From NCBI GenBank assembly GCA_041736305.1, contig JBGSTX010000244.1, positions 1 to 15,210 of the forward strand: a stretch of 15,210 bases of DNA, read 5' to 3'. The DNA is from Oligoflexus sp. (GTDB taxonomy: Bacteria > Bdellovibrionota_B > Oligoflexia > Oligoflexales > Oligoflexaceae). Numbering within the stretch: position 1 is the first letter of the stretch; each line of letters starts with the position of its first letter. The position numbers and the translations under genes are program-made. The notes under the pieces were generated by a model, which had not been told where the DNA came from, did no database searches, and saw only the letters and a program-made list of their open reading frames with translations. This document shows, piece by piece, positions 1 through 7,073 of the stretch.

Positions 1-1211
1 GGGGAATAGTAGGCGTTGCATGAACCGTCGGCACTGTTGGTAGCAATTTTCAGCGGGCTGTTGAGGAAGGGGACTTCGCTCCCTGACATAAACTGTCGGA
101 CGAAGCGGTTGATCCGCTGTACGGCGACAAAAGCATTCACCGATGCAAACTCATAGGACTGATTGGCAAGAATAAAGGCGTCAGGCTGGTTTTGCAGCCG
201 AGTTAAATTAGGTGTGCTACCGTCGGCATCGACGAGGTTGGCGCGTGCTCCCGAGAGGGTTACAACCTGAGGCTGCACGCCTTGGGGCAGCCAGGCTTCA
301 GCACCGAGTTCTAAGCTGCCTCCGCTGCTGGAAACAGTGGCAAAGGCTAGGGGATACTCTCTAGGTCCCGCATCGAGATAGCTTCTCTTAAGAGCCCTAG
401 CCTGAACGCCTTTGCTCTGCATGTGCAAACTCAGTCGATAATGCTCAAGGACACGAAGATCGCTATGAATGAGGGTGGCAACGAAATCATCTTCATCGGC
501 ATTGTGGAGGCTAAAAACCGTAGCCAGCTCATGGGAGAAGCCTCTTCCGGAGGGAAATGGCAACCACTCCCGCTTCTTTTCCAAGACCTGGTAGTCGGCA
601 AAAAAATCGTGGGCGAAGAGTTTCTCATCGCGCAGCGCAGGCTCGCTGTCTTGATGTGAGGAATCCAGAGATCCGCTACAGTTCGACACGACTTCACCTA
701 GGTACCAAGCTGTTTCATCAGCGGGCTTCGAGAGAATGAGCTGAAGGATATTATCACGGACCGGTATACCTTGAATGAAACGCTGATAAGAATAGACCTG
801 ATGCCTTTCATCGATATCGCGAGGCGGGAGAGCCATCCATTCATCCTGCGAGCTGGCCTCAACCAGTTGGCCGTAAGTCGCGAGCCAGCTATGAAGTAAG
901 CCGATAGCCTCGGGCTTCTCCAATCGGGGCATGAAGCGACTATCGTAAAGTATGCGAGCCGCCAGCTCACTCTCAGCCAGGGTTGATAGCTGAACTATCT
1001 CTGGAAATGCGCTTCGGAGTCCGAGGCTCGCACTGCTCGAAGCTTTGGAGTTAAAATAGCGGTGAGCCCGGGTCTCTAGAGGGGCTGCCGACTTGCTTTC
1101 GTCACTTTCGAACGCTTGGCCCAGCTGCCCCTGACCACAAGCTCCAAGAGGAGATATCATAGCTATCAATACGAAGCTCCGTAGAACTCGCTGCAAATAA
1201 AACTGCGACAT
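1..1211 (-). CDS. Lipoprotein zinc metalloprotease precursor, M4/M36 (thermolysin/fungalysin)-like; 3' end truncated by the window edge
   Basis: Translated by hand because it is not in the ORF track: a stop-free frame of 403 codons from ATG at 1211, preceded by GAGGAACCC. The N-terminus MSQFYLQRVLRSFVLIAMISPLGAC is a signal peptide with an LGAC lipobox. HQVYSYQRFIQGIPVRDNILQL resembles the FTP propeptide motif. The frame ends ...VNAFVAVQRINRF...DGSCNAYYSP, like the NAY/NAF segment that precedes HExxH in M4/M36 proteases. HExxH itself would lie outside the window. Confidence 0.75.
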   Translation of the reverse strand, partial: MSQFYLQRVLRSFVLIAMISPLGACGQGQLGQAFESDESKSAAPLETRAHRYFNSKASSSASLGLRSAFPEIVQLSTLAESELAARILYDSRFMPRLEKPEAIGLLHSWLATYGQLVEASSQDEWMALPPRDIDERHQVYSYQRFIQGIPVRDNILQLILSKPADETAWYLGEVVSNCSGSLDSSHQDSEPALRDEKLFAHDFFADYQVLEKKREWLPFPSGRGFSHELATVFSLHNADEDDFVATLIHSDLRVLEHYRLSLHMQSKGVQARALKRSYLDAGPREYPLAFATVSSSGGSLELGAEAWLPQGVQPQVVTLSGARANLVDADGSTPNLTRLQNQPDAFILANQSYEFASVNAFVAVQRINRFVRQFMSGSEVPFLNSPLKIATNSADGSCNAYYS

Positions 1212-1222
1212 GGGTTCCTCTA

Positions 1223-1504
1223 TCAATCTATTGGTATGACTTCGAACTTAGAGCTTCCTAGGGATTGCCGTCCTGACCAAGCGACCGTCGGCGCATTTAT
1301 ACTTGGTAGTATAAGCTGCCCCTGAGCGTCGATGTTCGGTTGGTAATTCGAAGCATACTCAAGACTCTGCAGTTTTCTTACAGAGTCAGCAGATTGCGGG
1401 CCGGACTCTGATTCACCGGCTCTACCGCAGCCTGTGAAGCAGAATACACTGAGGAAGATGGCCAGAGAGAGGGTCATAGCCTTGAGGCCAGATTTGCGTC
1501 TCAT
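1223..1504 (-). CDS. Small lipoprotein of unknown function (about 93 aa)
   Basis: MRRKSGLKAMTLSLAIFLSVFCFTGC has a basic N-region, a hydrophobic core and an FTGC lipobox. GGAGA upstream of ATG 1504 favours this start over 1555. The stop lies 11 nt before the protease start. Confidence 0.65.
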   Translation of the reverse strand: MRRKSGLKAMTLSLAIFLSVFCFTGCGRAGESESGPQSADSVRKLQSLEYASNYQPNIDAQGQLILPSINAPTVAWSGRQSLGSSKFEVIPID

Positions 1505-1811
1505 TTTTTCGGTCTCCAATATTCGCTCTAACATGAGATTCTTCGGAGACGCCATTAGGAGTTTTTACTAGAGGCAAATTTGCTGATAAAAACCATAGCG
1601 TTAAAGCAATTATTAATAGGTCGAAAGAATTGCTCTTGGCGCGAGCCGGCGCATTTCCCGCCGCTGTACAGAGGAGCGAACTATCGACGATCTCACGCTT
1701 ATTCTCCTGAATTATGCGAGAGACTCTGATGATGGCTTAAGACTTCTTTTTTGATGCATCGAACAAATTCCAATGCACTCAGGATGAAAGCCTCGATGAT
1801 GCAGCTCTAAT

Positions 1812-1838
1812 TCAAGTTTTTTTGCACCTAGCCGATAG
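1812..1838 (+). promoter_or_regulatory. Sigma-28 (FliA)-type promoter
   Basis: TCAAGTTT-N11-GCCGATAG, compared with the consensus TAAAGTTT-N11-GCCGATAA. It lies about 35 nt upstream of the ATG at 1873. Confidence 0.7.
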
Positions 1839-1872
1839 CTTTTCTACCGTTGGGATTAGAGGAGATATGCGC

Positions 1873-2565
1873 ATGCATCGTTTAATAATTTTTTTGTTTT
1901 TTTGTTCGTGGATACTAGAGACCAAGCTCATGGCAGACGAATACGCGGCGAAGGACCGCATCGCGCGGAGTTCACGCAGACGTTCACGCAGCGAGAACTT
2001 TGGCGAAACTAAACGAAGCGATCGGAAGTCGGACCCAAAGAAAGATGCCTATTTCAAATTCCTGCCCTTCGGTGGAGCGCATTTTCTGCAAGGGAAAAAC
2101 TATATGGGAACAGCTCTCGCCGCCGGGCAGGCTGGTTCGCTTCTTCTCTACTATGATCGCCTGCAGCAAGTGAGAACGGCGAATGACGACGTCGCCTCGG
2201 TGATGAACAACAACAAATCCCCAGCCGATCCCAGCACCTTCCAGTATCTCGATACCAACGAAAAATATGTCTTGAAGGCTCAAAAAGAGGCACAGCTTTT
2301 TCTATTCAGTTTTATCGGGCTTTATACTTTTGGGGTGGTCGATGCGGTATTTGACCCCTTTGCCGCTTATACTTCTAGCAAGAAAAAGAAGAAAAAGCCG
2401 CTCGATTTTGATAGTCCGAAGAGACGAGATATCGACGCTGACTTTGATGACGAGCCTGGCTTTACCCAGCGAGAGCCGATAGAGACTGAAACCAAGCTTA
2501 GTTTCATGGTTTGGCAGAATCAGCAGCAGGCAGTGTATGGGTTCACGCTTAAAGCAGAGCTATGA
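1873..2565 (+). CDS. Secreted/membrane protein of unknown function with an LPFGG-x-F membrane-hairpin motif (DUF5683-like)
   Basis: GGAG lies 8 nt before ATG 1873. The N-terminus (MHRLIIFLFFCSW) is signal-like. Hydrophobic segments include FKFLPFGGAHFLQGKNYMGTALAAGQAGSLLLYY and LFLFSFIGLYTFGVVDAV. The family resemblance is from memory, not a search. Confidence 0.7.
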   Translation: MHRLIIFLFFCSWILETKLMADEYAAKDRIARSSRRRSRSENFGETKRSDRKSDPKKDAYFKFLPFGGAHFLQGKNYMGTALAAGQAGSLLLYYDRLQQVRTANDDVASVMNNNKSPADPSTFQYLDTNEKYVLKAQKEAQLFLFSFIGLYTFGVVDAVFDPFAAYTSSKKKKKKPLDFDSPKRRDIDADFDDEPGFTQREPIETETKLSFMVWQNQQQAVYGFTLKAEL

Positions 2566-2612
2566 AGGGTGGGCGAGGCCTGCTCTACAGGCGGAGCGGC
2601 CCCTTGTTCGAA

Positions 2613-3209
2613 TTAATGGGCGGAATAATCACCAGCATGGCGAACAAGAACTACAGCCGTTCCAGGACCACCCTTATCACGCATTTTTTGGCCGATCTCA
2701 CTGGCTAACTGATCATCAGCGCTTTTCACAGCACCTTCGCCTTTGACTTTAGCCTGTTCGCTGTTGAAGGCCTTAGAAATCCAACTCGGATGCTCGGCCA
2801 TGCTGTAAGTATCTACCTTCGTGATACCAAGACTAGTCAGCGCCTTTTTGATTCCTTCAGCGCGCTGATCAGCAAGTTTGCGATCAGCTTCGCTCAGCTT
2901 CTCACCTTTTCCAGCCGGATATTCCTTGTCGGCCCAAGTGGCGACGATAACTCGCTCGATAGCCCCTTGGCCTTTGTTAGCTTCGAGCAGAGTTTTCAAC
3001 TCGTCGATTTCAGACTGCTCTAATGTAGCGCTGCTGTTTTTGAAATTGACAGTCACATGCTTTTTGTCGAGCAGCTCGAAGACTTTAGTTTTAGCGTCTT
3101 GTACGACCTTGCCTACTGTCGTCGTCGCGTCAGCAGCCAGTAGATTAGCCGTGACAGAGATAGGTGCCAGGGTCATCGAAATTAGGGCCAAAACGTGTCG
3201 AGTTTTCAT
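2613..3209 (-). CDS. Secreted OmpA-C-like (peptidoglycan-binding fold) protein
   Basis: AAGGAG RBS before ATG 3209 and a signal peptide MKTRHVLALISMTLAP.... The stretch VNFKNSSATLEQSEIDELKTLL...VIVATWAD...KLADQRAEGIKKAL follows the OmpA-C pattern (FxxxSxxL; GHTD-like TWAD; LSxxRA). Confidence 0.7.
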   Translation of the reverse strand: MKTRHVLALISMTLAPISVTANLLAADATTTVGKVVQDAKTKVFELLDKKHVTVNFKNSSATLEQSEIDELKTLLEANKGQGAIERVIVATWADKEYPAGKGEKLSEADRKLADQRAEGIKKALTSLGITKVDTYSMAEHPSWISKAFNSEQAKVKGEGAVKSADDQLASEIGQKMRDKGGPGTAVVLVRHAGDYSAH

Positions 3210-3253
3210 AAAGCATTCTCCTTGAAAGTCTTGCGACATACCAAGTCCAGGAG

Positions 3254-3270
3254 AGCAGGATTCGTGCCAG
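3254..3270 (-). promoter_or_regulatory. Sigma-54 (RpoN) -24/-12 promoter
   Basis: The minus strand reads CTGGCACGAATCCTGCT, with GG-N10-GC spacing and a near-perfect match to TGGCACG-N4-TTGC. It lies 45 nt upstream of the OmpA-like start. Confidence 0.8.
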
Positions 3271-3321
3271 CTATTTCCGCCTGTAATGTCCTTCTACAAA
3301 CCCCTTTATGACTTATTGACT

Positions 3322-3339
3322 TGTAGCTTGAGGCCTACA
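3322..3339. promoter_or_regulatory. Candidate upstream activator site for a sigma-54 enhancer-binding protein
   Basis: Inverted repeat TGTAG-N8-CTACA (TGT-N12-ACA) about 80-95 bp upstream of the predicted sigma-54 start site. Confidence 0.4.
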
Positions 3340-3367
3340 GGCTGGCTCGCACTGTGGACACAAGTCA

Positions 3368-4684
3368 CTATGGAAGAAATTCGCGGGTTATATTACGGAC
3401 GCCCTCTTGGAGGATAAGGATATCATCTTCGATACGAATTCCACCGCAGGGCATGAGTCGGTCGATCAATCCCCAGTTAAACTGACTAGAGTGCTCAGAT
3501 CCTCGAAAAGGATCTAGCAGCATCTTAATGAAGTAAACGCCCGGCTCGATCGTCACATAATTGCCAGGCTCGAGGGGCCTTAGATTACGAAGGCGAGGAA
3601 AGCGCGGGTCAGGTTCTCCTAAAGTGCCGCTGCGATCGATTTGGCGTCCGGCGACATCGTGAACAAAAATGCCGAGGCTGTGTCCGAGCCCGTGCGGAAA
3701 AAATGCAGCGGTATAGCCATCACGAACTGCCTTCTCTCTATCGCAGTTGATGAGAATGTGGTGCTCGATCAGAAGCTCGGCGATCCGCTCGTGAGCGTTA
3801 AAGTGCAAATCGTTCATTTTCGTGCCAGGCTTGATAGAAGCGCAGATATCCTGCTGCATGACTCCCATATCAGCCAGCAGAGCTCGAAATTCCTCAGGTG
3901 CTTCCTCAGCCGCATAGGTCCGCGTGATGTCGGATGCATAGCCCCGAGCCTGAGCTCCGGCGTCGATCAGTAGCACGCGCCCGTTATGAACATCGTCGCG
4001 CTTAGCCGAATAGTGGAGATAAGCGGCCTTTTCGTTAAGGCAGACTATACTTTCATAGGGAAGATCTTGATCGCGGGAGCGTGTGGCATTGAGATAGGCA
4101 AAATGAATATCGAGTTCACTGCCGCCTTGATGAAAGGCGCGTTCCGCTGCTTTATGACCCTTGGCGGCCAGGCGGGTAGCATCCGTCAGGCAATGCTGCT
4201 CATACTCGGTTTTAGTCAAGCGGTTCCAGTCGAGCCGGGCGATGAGGCCAGGCACCTCAGTCAAAAGCCCGGCGGCCTGGGCCTTCGAGGATTCGGGTCC
4301 ATGATAGGCGAGACGTCGCGCCGAAGCCGACGGCAGAACTTTCCACATCTCTCCGCTGCTAGTAAATACTTCGATGGTAAAACTATCGGTCCAGAAATCC
4401 GCTTCCAGTGGTTTTACTTCGTACCAGAAGTCCGCTGGCTGATAGACCCGTAGACGAGGCTTTTGCGAAGGGAGAATGATGAGCAGATGATGCGCACCTT
4501 CGAGCGGACACCAGTGACGAAAGTGATGGTTCGTGCGAAAGATGATGTCCTGGTCATCCTCAAAGTAGACCTGAGGTGATCCTGCACCTATGACTAAACC
4601 GTCCAGCTGCAACTCAGTGAGCATCTCTTCCGCGCGTGCTTGCAAGCTGCGGACGTGATCTTGAAAAATTTGGCGTAAACTCAT
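3368..4684 (-). CDS. pepQ: Xaa-Pro dipeptidase (prolidase, M24B)
   Basis: M24 metal-binding motifs LLIDAGA, YASDITRT, FFPHGLGHSLGIFVHDV, TIEPGVYF and GGIRIEDD. The N-terminal FEDD...F...HFRHWCP segment is typical of E. coli-type PepQ. AGGAG RBS before ATG 4684. Confidence 0.92.
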   Translation of the reverse strand: MSLRQIFQDHVRSLQARAEEMLTELQLDGLVIGAGSPQVYFEDDQDIIFRTNHHFRHWCPLEGAHHLLIILPSQKPRLRVYQPADFWYEVKPLEADFWTDSFTIEVFTSSGEMWKVLPSASARRLAYHGPESSKAQAAGLLTEVPGLIARLDWNRLTKTEYEQHCLTDATRLAAKGHKAAERAFHQGGSELDIHFAYLNATRSRDQDLPYESIVCLNEKAAYLHYSAKRDDVHNGRVLLIDAGAQARGYASDITRTYAAEEAPEEFRALLADMGVMQQDICASIKPGTKMNDLHFNAHERIAELLIEHHILINCDREKAVRDGYTAAFFPHGLGHSLGIFVHDVAGRQIDRSGTLGEPDPRFPRLRNLRPLEPGNYVTIEPGVYFIKMLLDPFRGSEHSSQFNWGLIDRLMPCGGIRIEDDILILQEGVRNITREFLP

Positions 4685-4695
4685 GTAAGCTCCTC

Positions 4696-5295
4696 TCAAT
4701 GAACAGCTGCGCGATGCGGTACTGCGAGCATGATGGCAGCTTCGGCATCGAGCAAAGCTTCAAATCTGTCCGCCAGCGTCTTCTCATCGAAATAAAGCCG
4801 TGCGATACGGACGAAAATCATGTAGTGGCCCGCTTCTTCACGTGCAAGCCGGCTGTAGAATTCTTTCAGTTCAGGATCACTGAGGCTATCCGCAATGAGG
4901 CCAAAGCGCTCACAACCGCGAGCTTCAATAATAGATGAGATGAGCAGCTTATCCAAAAAATGCTCTTCACGGCCGTGTCTCACAAGTCGAAGTAGTGCGC
5001 TCACATAAGGATCTTTTTCATCGGCAGCCAGAGCTACACCACGCTTTTGCATGAGGCGGAAAACCTCATGAAAATGGGTCAGTTCTTCCTTAGCGAGACA
5101 TATCATGGGCTCAAGGAGCGGCTCGCGATCGGGATACCTGGCGACAAGCGACATCGCAAGTGCCGAGGCTTTTCTTTCACAAGCGGCATGATCCTGAAGG
5201 AATTGATCGAAAGAGCCGTGCACGGCGTCAAGCCAAGCTTTAGGGCTTACTTCGCGCAAAGGAAGCTTGCCGAGGACTGCATGAAAGGTCGTCAC
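4696..5295 (-). CDS. miaE: tRNA-(ms2io6A37)-hydroxylase, ferritin-like di-iron enzyme
   Basis: Motifs LQDHAACERKASALAMSL, AKEELTHF, DPYV, IIEARGCERF and FY..L.REEAGHY. A GTG start at 5295 after AGAGGA is inferred. Confidence 0.88.
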   Translation of the reverse strand: MTTFHAVLGKLPLREVSPKAWLDAVHGSFDQFLQDHAACERKASALAMSLVARYPDREPLLEPMICLAKEELTHFHEVFRLMQKRGVALAADEKDPYVSALLRLVRHGREEHFLDKLLISSIIEARGCERFGLIADSLSDPELKEFYSRLAREEAGHYMIFVRIARLYFDEKTLADRFEALLDAEAAIMLAVPHRAAVH

Positions 5296-5518
5296 TTTGA
5301 AGATTCCTCTTTTTTTTCTCTGTCCACTGCTAGCTATACATTGCGGTGAGCTGACGGGCAATCAAAGGCTCAACGAGAGAATGAGCAGCCTTTGCATGCA
5401 TATTTGACCATATTTACTGGCCTATCATTGGTGACTTAAAGCTCTGACCCTTAATCGGGCTCAACAAGTCCGAAAACTAGGCCGACATAAGTTAAGAATT
5501 TAGGGGGGAGAAGTTAAA

Positions 5519-6538
5519 ATGAGTGCCCCGATCAAAACTTGCAAAAACTGCGGTAGGGAGTTTATGAACTCCCAAGACTTCCTGGCAAACACGTCCAGAT
5601 GGCGCATATGTGATCAGGGTCATCTTTGGTTCAATTGTCAGTGTTTGTCGACAGGCATGATCATAAAAGGGCGCTTCGACTGGTATGATCCAAATTCTCG
5701 CTTGAGTGATCCAGCCATATCTGTATTTAATCGGCTGCCACAGATGAGTGTAATTCCCCATATTCCGACCTACGTGATGGAACTCCAGTCGATGGTCGAA
5801 GATAAGAACAATACTTCTGTGCAATTAGCTTCTGTTACTAAGCGGGATCCCGTCCTCGCTGCTCAAATTTTGAAGGTAGCCAATTCTTTTGCTCTGGACA
5901 CGCCTATCAAATCTCTGGCCCATGCAATTTCCTTCATGGGAATTGAAAAGTTCAAAGACATTATTCTAGTTGCCGCGATAAGTTCCATCTCACTTAAGAC
6001 CAAAGTCTTCAAACCAGAAAGATTCTGGGAACATTCACTCCTCATTGGCCGCTGCGCGGAATATCTGGCGAAGTATATTGGCCCGTCCTTCAGCGCAGAT
6101 CATGCCTATATAGCTGGGAGCACCTGCAATATTGGCAAAATAGTCATGGCTCTCTGTATGCCAGATCTGGCCGATCGCATTGCTGCAGACCTTGAAGACG
6201 TGCGGATACTCGGGAGATGGGATCAGGCTGAAGGTCGCCATGGGGGTCATCAGCACACAGTCATGGGCGAGATTGGAGCGATGTTTTGGGGTTTACCCGA
6301 ATCGATATGCGATGTTATTTCTCTTCACCACCGCATGCCTCCGGCACAAGTGACGAAAAATCCCGAGCTTTATGAAATAATCGGGCTAGCGAATCAGATA
6401 GCCCACTGGGTCTCATTACAACCCCATCAGATGAATCAGAGCCTCTTCAAAGCTCTCTGCATGCGCCTTCAACTCAGCCAGAAGCAGGCCGAAGGCATTA
6501 TCGATGAAATGCTGCGACTACGTGTAACAGCTGCCTGA
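5519..6538 (+). CDS. HDOD-domain signalling protein with an N-terminal Cys-rich (putative Zn-binding) module
   Basis: HDOD motifs IPHIP, DPVLAAQILKVANS, AISFMG, FWEHS, AYIAG..xxIGK and HTVMG...WGLP...ISLHH. The N-terminus has CKNCG...RWRIC..GHLWFNCQCLST. GGGGAG RBS. Confidence 0.88.
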   Translation: MSAPIKTCKNCGREFMNSQDFLANTSRWRICDQGHLWFNCQCLSTGMIIKGRFDWYDPNSRLSDPAISVFNRLPQMSVIPHIPTYVMELQSMVEDKNNTSVQLASVTKRDPVLAAQILKVANSFALDTPIKSLAHAISFMGIEKFKDIILVAAISSISLKTKVFKPERFWEHSLLIGRCAEYLAKYIGPSFSADHAYIAGSTCNIGKIVMALCMPDLADRIAADLEDVRILGRWDQAEGRHGGHQHTVMGEIGAMFWGLPESICDVISLHHRMPPAQVTKNPELYEIIGLANQIAHWVSLQPHQMNQSLFKALCMRLQLSQKQAEGIIDEMLRLRVTAA

Positions 6539-6542
6539 TGTC

Positions 6543-6779
6543 TTAGCGACCCGGTCCCCGCGTCTTAGTCGGTAAACCCGGCGGTACAAAGCCTTGAGCG
6601 ATCAAGCGATCTCCCGCAGATTTGAGATTCCGCGAAGTCACCAGCAGATCAAAAAGCTGGTCGCAGATATCGTCGAAACCATCCTGAGACATCACAAAAC
6701 CAAACTTCGAGGGCTGTACTGCGTTCATGATGATTTCACTGATTGCCGAACGGGTCGCTACTTCAAAAGCTCCAGCCAT
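6543..6779 (-). CDS. Small hypothetical protein (78 aa)
   Basis: The ORF MAGAFEVATRSAISEII...DDICDQLFDLL... fills the gap and converges tightly (4 nt) on the HDOD gene. A purine-rich stretch precedes ATG 6779. Confidence 0.55.
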   Translation of the reverse strand: MAGAFEVATRSAISEIIMNAVQPSKFGFVMSQDGFDDICDQLFDLLVTSRNLKSAGDRLIAQGFVPPGLPTKTRGPGR

Positions 6780-6901
6780 GCTCTTGTTTCCCTGCGCTAG
6801 TGTTTCAGTTCCATATTCCCACAGCCCTCCACAGAAGTATTTGCCCAGCAAGTGGCTGCAAGAACATAAGATTATGATATTTATGACTTATTTAGGATGT
6901 A

Positions 6902-6928
6902 TCAAGTTTTCTAGCTGGCTACCGAAAC
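6902..6928 (+). promoter_or_regulatory. Sigma-28 (FliA)-type promoter
   Basis: TCAAGTTT-N11-ACCGAAAC, with the same -35 and spacing as the 1812-1838 promoter. It lies 20 nt upstream of the small ORF at 6949. Confidence 0.6.
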
Positions 6929-6948
6929 AGAGGAAGAGGAGGGATAAC

Positions 6949-7020
6949 ATGAGGTGGTTTGCCAACATCGCCGTTCTAATCGCCTGCTATCTTTGGCTGC
7001 ATCTGAGCCTCATAGGCTAA
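6949..7020 (+). CDS. 23-aa hydrophobic single-helix peptide (MRWFANIAVLIACYLWLHLSLIG)
   Basis: AGGAGG RBS before ATG 6949, an upstream promoter motif, and a TAA stop that overlaps the terminator hairpin. Confidence 0.6.
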   Translation: MRWFANIAVLIACYLWLHLSLIG

Positions 7021-7047
7021 AAGCCCGCAGGCTGCTGCGGGCTTTTA
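7018..7047. terminator. Bidirectional intrinsic terminator
   Basis: Perfect inverted repeat TAAAAGCCCGCAG-GCTG-CTGCGGGCTTTTA with a T-tract on both strands, between the convergent small ORF and actF. Confidence 0.85.
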
Positions 7048-7073
7048 ATTTTCTAAACTAGAATTTTTTCCTC

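Noticed and set aside
423..970. Short ORFs 423..659, 431..697, 557..739 and 698..970 from the track
   Set aside because: All lie within the long minus-strand protease frame (1..1211), which has an RBS, a lipobox and family motifs. They are shadow ORFs.
1620..1754. Plus-strand frame containing EERTIDDLTLILL, reminiscent of the PP2C/SpoIIE C-terminal DDxT motif
   Set aside because: The frame is bounded by an upstream TAG, has no start codon or RBS and shows no other PP2C motifs. It is probably coincidence, at most a tiny remnant.
1889..1903. Two T7 runs near the 5' end of the 1873..2565 gene as possible phase-variation tracts
   Set aside because: The runs are short and are explained by Phe/Leu codons in a signal peptide. 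The frame is intact.
6727..6948. Long 97-aa version of the small plus-strand ORF (6727..7020)
   Set aside because: The upstream part overlaps the 78-aa gene and the promoter region. The strong RBS and promoter point to ATG 6949.
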